Assembly (NCBI GenBank): GCA_963711795.1
Contig: CAVQFD010000007.1
Location: 38,085-102,084, forward strand
Origin: an uncultured Acidobacteriota bacterium
GTDB taxonomy: Bacteria > Acidobacteriota > Vicinamibacteria > Vicinamibacterales > CAVVIG01
Length of the DNA stretch: 64,000 bases
Direction: 5' to 3'
Of the stretch, positions 24,590-35,042 are shown in pieces. Position 1 is the first letter of the stretch, and the number at the start of each line of letters is the position of its first letter. The notes beneath the pieces were generated by a model, which was given only the letters and a program-made list of their open reading frames with translations, had not been told where the DNA came from and searched no databases. The position numbers were made by a program, and so were the translations under genes.

Positions 24590-26419
24590 ATGCCAAGCCT
24601 GCCTCGAAGTACGTCGTTCGTGCAACGGCTGGCCCTGATACTGCTGGCCCTCGCTTTCTATGGCCCGGATGCCGCCCGAGCCCAGGACCGCCAGAAGCAG
24701 GTACTGGTCCTGTACTCCACGAGGTGGGACGCCCAGGTGGCCGTCGTGGGCGAGCGCGAGCTGCCGCGCATCCTCCGCGAAGGCCTGCCGGAGGGGTTCG
24801 ACTACTACTCCGAGTACATCGATCAGGGGCGATTTCCCGCCCCGGCCTACCTGAATGCGCTCGAGGACTTCCTTCGCTGGAAGTACCAGGCACGCCGGTT
24901 CGATGTCGTGATCGCCATGAGCGACGCCGCGTTGGCGTTCGTCACGAGGAACCGCACCGACTTGTTCCCCGATGCGGCCGTCGTGTACATCACGAGCTCC
25001 GTCAATACGCCGCGCTTGCCGAATTCCACGGGGATAGTGTCCGGCCTCAACCTGGGCGGCTCTCTCACGCTCGCCGCCGAGTTGCACCCCGACCTCCGGA
25101 ACGTCTTCGTCGTGGCAGGCAGCGGCCCCGATCGTGCCTACGAGGCGATGGCGCGAGAGCAGTTCCAGGCGCTCGAAGCTCGCTTCACTTTTACCTACCT
25201 CACGGGCCTGCCAACCAGCGAACTCGAGACACGCCTGTCCGCGCTGCCACCGCACTCCATCGTCTACTACCTGGTGACCAACCAGGACGGAGCGGGCGAG
25301 CGGTTCCACCCGTTGGATTACCTGGATCGCCTGGCGGCGGCTTCCAGCGCGCCGATCTATTCATGGGTGGATTCGGCGATGGATCACGGCATTGTCGGAG
25401 GCTACCTCAAGAGCCAGCAGGACGAGATCGAAGCGGTCGGCCAGCTGGCGACGCGGGTGCTGCGCGGAGAGCCTGCCGACGCCATTCCGGTCTCGGCGCC
25501 CGACTTACGCTCCAACCTCGTTGACTGGCGGCAGCTGCGGCGGTGGGGCATCGACGAGGCGCGGGTGCCCGCCGGCACGGTCACCATGTTCCGTGAGTTC
25601 ACCGTGTGGAGCCGCTACAGGGTCTACATCCTTGCCGCACTCGTGCTGCTCCTGGCACAGACCGGCCTGATCGTGGGTCTGAGCGTGCAGCGGACGAGAC
25701 GGCGGGAGGCCGAAGCACGCCTGTTGAAGGGCCAGGCGGACCTGCGAACGAGCTACGAGCGCATTCGGGATCTCGGCGCCCGGCTGCTCAAGGCGCAGGA
25801 CGATGAGCGTTCGCACCTGGCGCGGGAGCTGCACGACGACATCAGCCAGCAGATGGCGCTTCTCGAGATCGATCTGGAGCTCCTGTCCGCGGGCACTGAG
25901 GGCAATGCCAGGGAGTCCGTCGCGCACGCAGTGGCCAGGGCACAGTCCATCACGCGCGGCATTCACGATTTGTCCCACCGCCTGCATCCGGCCCGGCTGC
26001 GCCTGATCGGCCTGGTGTCCGCGATTTCCGGTCTTCAACGCGAGCTGGCTGGTGAAGGTGTCGCGATTTCATTCACTCACGAGAACGTGCCGCCTGCGAT
26101 TCCGCCGGACTTGACGCTGTGTGTATTCCGGGTCGTCCAGGAGGCACTCCACAACGCCCTCAAACACAGCGGGACACGGCAGGTATCCGTGCACTTGAGC
26201 GGCGAGGCCGGCGCTCTTGCGGTGACCGTCGCCGACAGCGGCGCCGGGTTCGACGTGAAGAACGCCTGGGGGAAGGGGCTGGGCCTCCTCAGCATGAGCG
26301 AACGCCTCGAAGCCATGGGCGGCATGCTCGAGGTCCGGTCTTCGCCCGGGTCTGGCACCACGCTACGATTCCGGGTGCCCGTGCACCCCGTCGACGACGC
26401 GGGAGCCGTCGCAGTTTGA
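24590..26419 (+). CDS. Sensor histidine kinase (HisKA_3) with periplasmic binding-protein-like sensor
   Basis: Signal peptide, large periplasmic region, single TM, LARELHDDISQ, VVQEALHNALKHS, DSGAGF, GLGLLSMSER. Confidence 0.92.
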   Translation: MPSLPRSTSFVQRLALILLALAFYGPDAARAQDRQKQVLVLYSTRWDAQVAVVGERELPRILREGLPEGFDYYSEYIDQGRFPAPAYLNALEDFLRWKYQARRFDVVIAMSDAALAFVTRNRTDLFPDAAVVYITSSVNTPRLPNSTGIVSGLNLGGSLTLAAELHPDLRNVFVVAGSGPDRAYEAMAREQFQALEARFTFTYLTGLPTSELETRLSALPPHSIVYYLVTNQDGAGERFHPLDYLDRLAAASSAPIYSWVDSAMDHGIVGGYLKSQQDEIEAVGQLATRVLRGEPADAIPVSAPDLRSNLVDWRQLRRWGIDEARVPAGTVTMFREFTVWSRYRVYILAALVLLLAQTGLIVGLSVQRTRRREAEARLLKGQADLRTSYERIRDLGARLLKAQDDERSHLARELHDDISQQMALLEIDLELLSAGTEGNARESVAHAVARAQSITRGIHDLSHRLHPARLRLIGLVSAISGLQRELAGEGVAISFTHENVPPAIPPDLTLCVFRVVQEALHNALKHSGTRQVSVHLSGEAGALAVTVADSGAGFDVKNAWGKGLGLLSMSERLEAMGGMLEVRSSPGSGTTLRFRVPVHPVDDAGAVAV

Positions 26420-26549
26420 TATGCGATCGGATCTGCGCGACAGCTGCCGTGCCGATTCTGCATAGCCGGGGGCCGCGCCCTGGCCCTAACCTTCGCGTGT
26501 GGGAATCGGGCAGGTCTACGCGATCCGTCGGAGGACTAGTGTTGCCGTC

Positions 26550-27179
26550 ATGAGGGGGCCCCGCGTTCTGCTCGCCGACGATCATGCGCTGCTTCTCGCC
26601 GCGTTCGAGAAGCTCCTGGCAGACGAGTGCGAGATCGTCGGCACGGCCAGCGACGGCCGCGCCCTTGTCGCCGCAGCCGAACGGCTCCAACCCGATCTCA
26701 TCGTCCTCGACATCTCCATGCCGCTCTTGAACGGCCTTGAAGCGGGCCGGCAGATCAAAAAGAAGCTGCCGCGCGTCAAGCTGGTGTTCCTGACGATGAA
26801 CGAGGATGCCGAGCTGGCAGCCGAAGCGTTCCGCATCGGCGCGTCCGGGTATCTGCTGAAACGATCGGCGGCGTCGGAGCTCTCGACGGCGATTCGCGAA
26901 GTTGCGCAAGGCCGTTCGTATGTGACGCCGCTTCTGACAGAAGCGCTCGTCGGATCGCTCTTGGCCGACGGCGGCCGCCACCACGCGCCTGAGCTCACGC
27001 CGAGGCAGCGCGAAGTGCTCCAGCTGCTGGCGGAGGGTCAATCGATGAAGGAGGTCGCCAGCACGCTGAATCTCACGCCGAGGACGGTCGCCTTTCACAA
27101 GTACGAAATGATGAGAAAGCTGAACGTCAAGTCGACCGCGGAGCTGATTCAGTATGCCGTCAAGCAGCACGTTGTCTAA
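26550..27179 (+). CDS. NarL/LuxR family response regulator
   Basis: LADDH, LDISMP, LTPRQREVLQLLAEG, TVAFHK. Confidence 0.93.
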   Translation: MRGPRVLLADDHALLLAAFEKLLADECEIVGTASDGRALVAAAERLQPDLIVLDISMPLLNGLEAGRQIKKKLPRVKLVFLTMNEDAELAAEAFRIGASGYLLKRSAASELSTAIREVAQGRSYVTPLLTEALVGSLLADGGRHHAPELTPRQREVLQLLAEGQSMKEVASTLNLTPRTVAFHKYEMMRKLNVKSTAELIQYAVKQHVV

Positions 27180-27564
27180 GCTGGCGCGCGTCCTCCTCGT
27201 GGACGACAACGAGGCGATGCTGAAGCGGGCGTCTGCAGTTCTCTCTCCCCACTTCCTGATCGTGGAGAAGGTGCAGGACGGACAGTCCGCGCTCGACGCC
27301 GCACAGACGCTGCAACCGGACGTCATCGTGCTGGATATTTCGATGCCCGGGATGACCGGCCTCGAGATCGCGTCGCGCCTGCGCCGCAGCGGTTCAACCG
27401 CCGCCGTGGTGTTTCTCACGGTCCACGACGAGGAAGACTTCGTCCTGGCGGCGAAAGCCGCCGGCGCGATCGGGTACGTCGTGAAGACCCGGCTCGTCTC
27501 GGACCTCGTGGTCGCGGTTCAGGAAGCCCACGCCGGGCGTTCCTTCGTGTCGCCGATTCGCTGA
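27154..27564 (+). CDS. Stand-alone receiver domain protein
   Basis: LVDDN, LDISMPGMTG, FLT, YVVK; no output domain. Confidence 0.88.
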   Translation: MPSSSTLSKLARVLLVDDNEAMLKRASAVLSPHFLIVEKVQDGQSALDAAQTLQPDVIVLDISMPGMTGLEIASRLRRSGSTAAVVFLTVHDEEDFVLAAKAAGAIGYVVKTRLVSDLVVAVQEAHAGRSFVSPIR

Positions 27565-27578
27565 GTTCCTGCTCGCCC

Positions 27579-28007
27579 TCAGAGCAAGCCGTGCTTCCTC
27601 ATCTCCTCGGTCTGATCGGTGTGAGAGATGTACGCCAGTACGCGCCAGCTGTCGCGGGTTTCTTCGAGGAGATAGGAAATATCGAACTCGATTGAGCGAT
27701 CGCCGCTCCTCTCGAACTGCGCACCCCACGTGACCGTCGTCAGCGTGTGGCGGAGACCCAGCATTTCGTCCTGGATGGTCACCACATCGAGCGCGCGCAT
27801 GCCATGCTCGCGGTTGAAGGCGGTAACCTGGTCCAGCCAGTCGAGGAAGCGCTGGTCGTTGTGGAATGCCTGGCTGCCCTGCGGACCGGCGACGATGAAC
27901 GTCGGGGCGTAGAGCGCCGCCAGCTCAGCGGATTTGCCGTTCAGGGAGAGCGCGGCGTATTGCGTGAAGAACGTGATCAACGGTATCGCGCTGCCCACGT
28001 CCGGCAC
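27579..28007 (-). CDS. Hypothetical NTF2-like protein
   Basis: 142 aa ORF, YAALSLNG...LAALY, ISYLL...WRVLAY pattern. Confidence 0.6.
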   Translation of the reverse strand: MPDVGSAIPLITFFTQYAALSLNGKSAELAALYAPTFIVAGPQGSQAFHNDQRFLDWLDQVTAFNREHGMRALDVVTIQDEMLGLRHTLTTVTWGAQFERSGDRSIEFDISYLLEETRDSWRVLAYISHTDQTEEMRKHGLL

Positions 28008-28054
28008 CCTGCGAATTGAGTGCCAGAACCCGAATCAACTCGATTGCTGAGCTC

Positions 28055-29884
28055 TCAGGACGCGGTTCGCACGTACTCGTCCACGTTTCGCGCCAGCACA
28101 TCGAGCGGCACGTTGCCGCCGAGCACGACGGTGTCGTTGAATGCCTTGACGTCGAACCGCCCGCCGAGCTTCGTCGTTGCCAGCTCGCGTTGACGGTTGA
28201 TCTCGCTGTGTCCCACTTTGTAGCCGCAGGCCTGCCCGGGCCATGAGCAATAGCGGTCCACCTCGCTCGACACTTCCAGCGGGTTCGACCCGTTCATCTC
28301 GACGAAGAACTGCACGCCCTGCTCCCGCGTCCAGCCCTTGACGTGAATCCCCGTATCCACCACCAGGCGGCACGCACGGAAGGCGATCGACTGCAGATAC
28401 CCGAGACGCCCGACGGGTTCGCTGTCGTACGCGCCGAGCTCGTCGGCCAGCTGCTCGGCGTACAGGCCCCACCCTTCCGAAAACGCGTTGAAGGCAAGCA
28501 ACTGTCTGACGAGCGGCATATCGTGCGTGTACTCGCCCTGCCAGATGTGGCCGGGAATCGATTCGTGGAACGCCAGGTCGGCGAGGCTGTACCTGCTGTG
28601 GAGGTCGGTCGTGCTCAGGTTTATCCAGAAGCGTCCGGGGATCTTCCCGTCGATGGACCCGGCGCCCCCGTACGCGGCTGGAGCGCCTGGCTCCTCCTCG
28701 GGCGGCAGGCGCCTGACTTCCATGTTCGGGTTGACGACGGTGTTGAAGGCGCGGGGCATTTGCGAGCGGATCCAGCCGAGGCGTTCCTGGATGAACGCCA
28801 TGATCTCGGCGCGGCCCTTGTCGCCGTCCGGGAATTGATACTTCGGATCCTTGGCCAGCGCGTTCATCCGTTCGCCGACCGCTCCCCGCGAATAACCGAT
28901 CCCCTTCAGAATCCCGTCCATTTGTGCGTGGAGCCGCTCCAGCTCGCTCAGGCCCATCGCATGGACCTCGTCGGGCGTCATCCCAGTGGTCGTCGAGGCT
29001 TTGAGCGCCCAGCGGTAATAGTCCTGGCCGTGCGGTCGCGCCCCCATCCCGGCGTCGATGGTTGCCACGTTACGCTGTGCCTGCAGCTCCGCGATCTGCC
29101 GCTCGAGCGCCGGCGCAACCTCCTGTGCCGCGATCGTCCGCGCGCGCACGGCCCAGTTGCCAGGGATCTCTTTCGTGCGCCTTGCAAGGGACTCGACGAG
29201 CACGCCGCCATCGCGGGCATTCCTCACCGACGCACCCATCTGCGCCAGGGCCTTGTCGATCAGAAACGCGGGGGGAACCAGGCCCGCGCCCCGCGCCGCC
29301 TGCATGCGGCCCAACTCGCCATCGAGCTGCCTGGCGTAGGACTGGACGCGAGCCAGGTAGGCCTCCGCATCGGCGGCGTTCTCGATTTGATGATCGCTAT
29401 CGAGAAAGCGGGGCACGTCGAGATACGCGCCCACGTTCTGGATGACGACGTAGGGCGTGTTGCGCCAGCCGCCGACGGCCACATCGCCGTAGGGAAGCGC
29501 GAAACCCTGCACCGCTGTCGCGTAGGCGCTTCGAACGACCTCGACGCTGGTCCGGGTGTTGTGGGAGAGGCCCGAGGTGTCGAGGGCACTCGCCCGCTCG
29601 AGATCCCGCTTCAGCTGCGACACCATCTGCTGCTGGCCGGCAGCCGAGCGATCGGAGAGCTGTCCGCGAAGGCCGGCTCGTGCACCCGTGTCGATGCCCA
29701 GTGAGGTCGCGCTCTCCGGTGCCAGCCGCAGCAGGTTCTCGCCGATGTCGTCGAGCAGCGCGCGCGCGTCCGCGTCGCTGGCCGCCGCCGGCGCGACGCC
29801 GGCGCGCTCGGCGCTGCACCCGGACGCGAACGGCAGGACCGTGGTCGACGCCAGTGCCAAGAGAGCGTCTCGGCGGCTGATCAA
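28055..29884 (-). CDS. DUF885 family putative metallopeptidase, Tat lipoprotein (start uncertain)
   Basis: SRRDAL...ASGC, HESIPGH, EGWGLYAE, RLVVDTGIH, PGQACGYKVG. Confidence 0.9.
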   Translation of the reverse strand: MISRRDALLALASTTVLPFASGCSAERAGVAPAAASDADARALLDDIGENLLRLAPESATSLGIDTGARAGLRGQLSDRSAAGQQQMVSQLKRDLERASALDTSGLSHNTRTSVEVVRSAYATAVQGFALPYGDVAVGGWRNTPYVVIQNVGAYLDVPRFLDSDHQIENAADAEAYLARVQSYARQLDGELGRMQAARGAGLVPPAFLIDKALAQMGASVRNARDGGVLVESLARRTKEIPGNWAVRARTIAAQEVAPALERQIAELQAQRNVATIDAGMGARPHGQDYYRWALKASTTTGMTPDEVHAMGLSELERLHAQMDGILKGIGYSRGAVGERMNALAKDPKYQFPDGDKGRAEIMAFIQERLGWIRSQMPRAFNTVVNPNMEVRRLPPEEEPGAPAAYGGAGSIDGKIPGRFWINLSTTDLHSRYSLADLAFHESIPGHIWQGEYTHDMPLVRQLLAFNAFSEGWGLYAEQLADELGAYDSEPVGRLGYLQSIAFRACRLVVDTGIHVKGWTREQGVQFFVEMNGSNPLEVSSEVDRYCSWPGQACGYKVGHSEINRQRELATTKLGGRFDVKAFNDTVVLGGNVPLDVLARNVDEYVRTAS

Positions 29885-29894
29885 GGCCTGACGG

Positions 29895-29959
29895 GGCAGG
29901 GAAGGCAGGCCGGGCGGGCAGGGCAGGCGGGGCGGGTAGGGCGGGTAGGGCTGGCGGGG
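29895..29959. repeat. G-rich 9-nt tandem repeat, about 7 units
   Basis: GGCAGGGAA GGCAGGCCG GGCGGGCAG GGCAGGCGG GGCGGGTAG GGCGGGTAG GGCTGGCGG. Confidence 0.75.
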
Positions 29960-30005
29960 TTTTCTCATCACGAACATTCTAAACGGCGGCACTCCGCCGC
30001 CTGGC

Positions 30006-30382
30006 TCAGATCGACAGGTCCCACTGCAGGCGGACTCTCGTGCGCGACGATCCGCTGACGCCCAGCCGTGCGACGTCGAACGAGATCTTGTTGCGGTGCT
30101 GGTTGAAGTACCAGTTGATCCCGCCGCTCAGCTCGCTTCGGCCGTCGCCTGGTGTTTCCGTATCGGGCTCCACGTATGCGATACGGCCAGCCACTTCAAG
30201 CGCCGACAGCCGGCGCGACCATCCCTGGATCGGGAAGAAGCCGGACTGCAAGTACCCGCCACGAAGCCTGCGGCCGCCGGCGCCGGCGGGTCAGCGGGCT
30301 GGGCGTACGAAGACCGGGAGACCGCCACGAGCAGCAGGACGGCGAGGCAGGTCGTGCTCAGGCCGTTGTGAAAGCGACGCAC
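30006..30382 (-). pseudogene. Internally deleted porin: signal peptide joined out of frame to the last barrel strands
   Basis: N-terminal ...SSYAQPADPPAPAAA in one frame; LRGGYLQSGFF...ELSGGINWYF...RVRLQWDLSI in another. Confidence 0.65.
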
Positions 30383-30391
30383 TGCCCCGTG

Positions 30392-32194
30392 TCAGCTGCC
30401 GGAAGCGATCCAGGCGTCGATCTCGCGAGCCAGCACGTCGAGAGGGACATCGCCCGTGCGAAGCACCACGTTGTGAAATTCCTTGACCGAAAACTTCGGC
30501 CCCATCGCGGCACGCGCTTTTTCGCGCAGCTCGACGATTCGCAGCTGGCCGATCATGTAGGCGCACGCCTGGCCCGGCCACACGACGTAGCGCTCGACTT
30601 CCTGGGCGTTGATGCCGTAGTCGATCGCCTGCTGGCGCGTCCACCGCTTCGCGTGGATACCGGTGTCGACCACCAGGCGGCGCGCGCGAAACAGCATGCT
30701 GTTCAGATATCCAAGACGACCGTGCTGGTCGCCTTCGTACCAGCCGTTCTCGTCTGCCAGCCGTTCGGCGTAGAGCGCCCAGCCTTCGACGAATGCGGAG
30801 CCGGCGCTGACGGCGCCGCGGGTCCGGAAGCGAGGGAGATCGGTCATTTCCTGCTGGAGCGCGAGCTGAAAGTGATGCCCGGGCACGGCCTCGTGATAGC
30901 TGAGCGATCGCGTTCGGAGCAGACCATAAGTCGGGCCCGGGAGTGGGAGCCAATAGACGCCGGGCCGGGTGCCGTCAGGCGCCGGCGTGGTGTAGTGGGC
31001 AGCAGCGGTCCGCTCCGAGAATGCGGGCTCGCGGCGGACGTCCACGGGAGCCTTGGGCCGCAGGTCGAACACCTGCGCCGCCCGCCGCTCGGCATCACGC
31101 ACCCATTTCTCGTTTTCCGCCAGGATGGCAGGCCGTGGGTCCCCGGGCCCTTTCGGTTGGAGGGTCGCCTCCAGCTGCTCGTACCGGGCATTGACGGTCC
31201 CGTTCGTGAAGCCGAGTTGCTTGAGGATCGCGTCCATCTCGCCCTCGAGGCGCGCGACTTCCCTCAAACCAATCGCGTGAATCTCGTCCGGCGTGAGGCT
31301 GGTCGTCGTCATGGCCTTGAGCGACTGCGCATAGAACGCGTCGCCTCTCGTCAGGCGCCACACGCCGGCATCGTCGGTCGCTTTGGGGAGCTGCCCGGCC
31401 AGGAAGTCACGGACGCGGCGGTAGGCAGGGAGGACGTTCTCGCCCGTCGTCTTCTCGGCAGCCGCGACGAAGCTCGCGCGGTCGCCCGGCGGGATGGCCT
31501 CACCCAACGCGCCGATTCGCTCGTCGAAGGTCGTCACGAAGACGTTCTGCCTGGGAGCATTCTTCAGGAAGCCGTCGATCTGATCGACCGTGCGCTGCAG
31601 GATGAAGCGCGGAGCCACGATGTTTGCCTCGACTCCCGCTCGTGCTTCTGAAATGCCCTGGTCGATGAGCGGCCCCACGAGAGCGAGCCGCACGAGATAG
31701 TTCTCGATGTCCCGCCGCTGTCGGATCGGATGCCCCTGCGTCAGATGGTTGGCGAGATCGAGGTGCATGCCGTTGAACTGGTCGTAGACGTAGTTGTGCG
31801 TGGCGAACTCCGCCGAGCCGACCGTATCTTCGAGTGCCCATCGGAGCAGCGCGGCCGACGTCCGCTGAATCGGCGTCAAGGAATCCGCGGGGATACCGGC
31901 AAGCTCCTCGAGCCCGCGGCGCGCGAGCACGGCACGCCGTGCGGCGCTGGTGGGGCCGAAAGGGACGCCCCACTCGCCAACGAGCGACAGCTGCCGATCG
32001 AGGGCGTCCTGCTCGTCGCCGGAGAAGTACTGCGTCCGCGTGGCGAACTGGGGCGCCTCGCGCATCCAGTCCTGGACGAAGGTCTCGGACCAATCGTCGA
32101 ACGACAGACCCGGAGCCATCGCCGTGGGCGGCGGACTGCCGCAGCCGGCACAAGTGGCGATAGCCAGTACGAATGCGGGGATCGCAGTGCGCAT
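30392..32194 (-). CDS. DUF885 family putative metallopeptidase, lipoprotein
   Basis: Lipobox CAGC, HEAVPGHH, EGWALYAE, RLVVDTGIH, PGQACAYMIG. Confidence 0.92.
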   Translation of the reverse strand: MRTAIPAFVLAIATCAGCGSPPPTAMAPGLSFDDWSETFVQDWMREAPQFATRTQYFSGDEQDALDRQLSLVGEWGVPFGPTSAARRAVLARRGLEELAGIPADSLTPIQRTSAALLRWALEDTVGSAEFATHNYVYDQFNGMHLDLANHLTQGHPIRQRRDIENYLVRLALVGPLIDQGISEARAGVEANIVAPRFILQRTVDQIDGFLKNAPRQNVFVTTFDERIGALGEAIPPGDRASFVAAAEKTTGENVLPAYRRVRDFLAGQLPKATDDAGVWRLTRGDAFYAQSLKAMTTTSLTPDEIHAIGLREVARLEGEMDAILKQLGFTNGTVNARYEQLEATLQPKGPGDPRPAILAENEKWVRDAERRAAQVFDLRPKAPVDVRREPAFSERTAAAHYTTPAPDGTRPGVYWLPLPGPTYGLLRTRSLSYHEAVPGHHFQLALQQEMTDLPRFRTRGAVSAGSAFVEGWALYAERLADENGWYEGDQHGRLGYLNSMLFRARRLVVDTGIHAKRWTRQQAIDYGINAQEVERYVVWPGQACAYMIGQLRIVELREKARAAMGPKFSVKEFHNVVLRTGDVPLDVLAREIDAWIASGS

Positions 32195-32320
32195 GATGAG
32201 CGCAGTCTACCTCCTCAATGCCCCGCCTGGTGCCGGGGCCCTTCCGTCCTGTGGTCTTCAAATGCCGGCTGCATCGACCTCGCTTTGCGCCTATGATCCG
32301 CGGCAAGGCGGAGAGCAGCC

Positions 32321-34469
32321 ATGAAGAATGTGTATTGCGGACTGGCCCTGGTTTTTGCGCTCCTGGCATCTGGCAGCAAAGTGTCGGCGCAGCCGGACGC
32401 GGGCGGGATTCGAATCATCCCCCTTTCGGCGCGGGCGGACATGGCGAGCGGTGGCGATGTGCTCGTGCGCGTCTCCGTGCCCGCATCGACTCCGGCGAAT
32501 CAGGTGCGAGTCAGCGTCAATGGCCAGGACGCCACATCGATGTTCCGCCGCGACGAGTCGACGCACACGCTGATGGGGCTCGCAACCGGGCTGAAGAACG
32601 GCGCCAACGAGCTGGTTGTGACGGTGGGCGGCCATTCCGCGGCCGGGACCTCCCGGCTCACCGTTATCAATCACTCTGGATCCGGGCCAATCTTTTCGGG
32701 TCCGCACGAACAGCCATTCATGTGCGAGACCGACAGCTTCAAGCTCCAGTCCGGCGAAACCCTGGGCAAGTCCGCTCGACGCGGACTGTTCGATCAAGAC
32801 GCGTGTCGACTACTACTACCGCTCGACGGCCGGCGGTGCCCTCAAGCCGCTGACGCCGCCTGATTCGGTGCCTGCCGATCTCGCGCGTGCGACGACGCTC
32901 GACGGCGCGACCGTTCCGTACGTGGTGCGCATCGAGACGGGCACCATCAACCGCGCGATCTACCAGATCTCGATGCTGCACAGACCCGGAACCGAGCCGT
33001 CACCAGACCCGTGGGCGAGACCCGCCGGCTGGAACCGTCGCCTCATCTACACGCACGGCGGGGGCTGCACCAGCGGTTGGTACCGCCAGGGCGCCACAAC
33101 CGGTGGGGTGGACGACGATGTGATGCTGCGGCAGGGCTACGCTGTCGCTTCGGCGTCGTTGAACGTGTTCGGCAACAACTGCAACGATCTGCTGGCGTCC
33201 GAGACCATGATGATGGTCAAGGAACGCTTCATCGAGGCCTACGGAGCGCCGCGTTTCACGATTGGCTGGGGGTGCTCCGGCGGGTCGTATCAGCAGTTGC
33301 AGACAGCGGACAACTACCCTGGGCTGATCGACGGCATCATCCCGTGTCGCACGTTCCCTGACGTCGCGTTCGACACGGTGCCGGTGATCACGGACGCACG
33401 CCTCCTGAACCGCTACTTCAGTTCGTCATCCTCGCCTGCGTTCACCGAGGCGCAGAAGCAGGCGGTCGCCGGGTTCGTGACGATGGCGACGATGGGCAAT
33501 GTGGACAAGGGGAGCGCGGGGCGGATTCATGTGACGGAGTTCTGTCCGCCGGCGCTGCCGGTCGCGCTTCGCTACCACGCCACGGACAATCCCAAAGGCG
33601 CGAGGTGCGACGTCTACGATCACACGGTCAACGCGTACGGCCGCGACCCCAAGACCGGGTTCGCCCGCCGGCCGCTCGACAACGTCGGCGTGCAGTACGG
33701 GCTGGCGGCGCTCAATGCGGGCCTCATCTCGACGGCCCAGTTCCTCGATCTGAACGAACGGATCGGCGGCTTCGACAACGACGGCAACGTCGTCAGCCGC
33801 CGCTCAGAGGGCGATCCGCTCGCGATCCGCGCCGCCTACCGCACCGGCCGGTACACGAGCGGGGGCGGCGGGCTGGCGAGCACGCCGATCATCGACTACC
33901 GGAACTACCTCGACGACCAGCCGGACGGCGATGTGCATTTGCGCTATCACTCGTTCGCGCTGCGGGAGCGCCTCGTCAAGGCCAACGGACGCGCGGACAA
34001 CCTGGTGATGATCGTCGAGGACCAGCGCGGGGGGACGTCGGCCAGCCCGGTGTACCGGGAGGCCATCGCGCAGATGGACCGCTGGCTGACGAGGCTAGCC
34101 GAAGACACGTCGAACGACCCGCAGATCGTGAAGGTCGTGCGGGCCAGGCCATCGGAGCTGACCGATGCGTGCTGGAGCCGCGACGCCGTCCCCCAGAAGA
34201 TTGCCGAGCCGCAGTCACGTGATGTCTCGACACGCTGCGGCAAGCTTTACCCCACGGGATCCTTCCCTCGCGAGATCGCCGGCGCATCGGTGGCCGGAGA
34301 CATCGTGAAGTGCCAGCTCAAGCCGGTCAGCCCGTCGGACTACAAGGCGACGTTCACGGCCGCCGAGATGTCGCGGCTGAAGCACGTGTTCCCGGGCGGC
34401 GTGTGCGACTGGACCAGGCCCGGCGTCGAGCAGCAGAAGTTGAGCGGCACGTGGCTCAAGATCGGTTGA
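32321..34469 (+). CDS. Secreted DUF6351/tannase-like alpha/beta hydrolase (frameshift near 32780)
   Basis: Signal peptide, GPIFSGP, HGGGC, ETMMMVKERF, nucleophile motif GCSGG, DNVGVQYGL, FPGGVCDW. Confidence 0.78.
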
Positions 34470-34477
34470 ACCGCCGG

Positions 34478-34942
34478 TCAGGCGCGTTCGGACGTGATCG
34501 TGTAGTCGTACCACTCGACGATCTTCCCGTTCTCGATGAAGAAGACGCCGACGCCGCGCCAGCTCTTGAGGACGAAGTTCGAGAACCGATCGATCCGCTC
34601 GTCGATCACCATCGGGCCGCGAGCCCAGGTGTCGAGGATCTGGAATTCGTCCACGTTGTTGATGATCGTCTTGATCCGGGCGGTGAGCGCTTCGCGTCCT
34701 TTCGCCGGTTCCATCCGTTCGGTCATGCGATAGGCGCCGTTCTCCGCAAAAAACGCCAGGATCTTCTCGAGATCGTGGCTCGGCCACGCCGCGCAGAAGT
34801 CCTTCACGAGCTGCATATTGGCTTTCTCGAGCGCCGTCGGCTCTGCGGCTTCGGCCCTGCGTCCGACCCCTGCCAGGGCGGCCGCGCCAAGGCCGGTCGT
34901 GAGGAAGCGGCGCCTGTTCGTGCTGCGTCTCGAGCTCGGCAT
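34478..34942 (-). CDS. Limonene-1,2-epoxide hydrolase/SnoaL family protein with Tat signal
   Basis: NRRRFLTT...AEA, ERIDRF, GVFFIENGKIVEWYDY. Confidence 0.8.
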   Translation of the reverse strand: MPSSRRSTNRRRFLTTGLGAAALAGVGRRAEAAEPTALEKANMQLVKDFCAAWPSHDLEKILAFFAENGAYRMTERMEPAKGREALTARIKTIINNVDEFQILDTWARGPMVIDERIDRFSNFVLKSWRGVGVFFIENGKIVEWYDYTITSERA

Positions 34943-35042
34943 GTGAGTTCCTTTCCGCTGAATAGCGTGGGTCAAGAGACTACGATATTCGGCATCGTGC
35001 CAGTGTGACATTCAGGTTGCTGATCGATCGCAGGCCTTCGAT

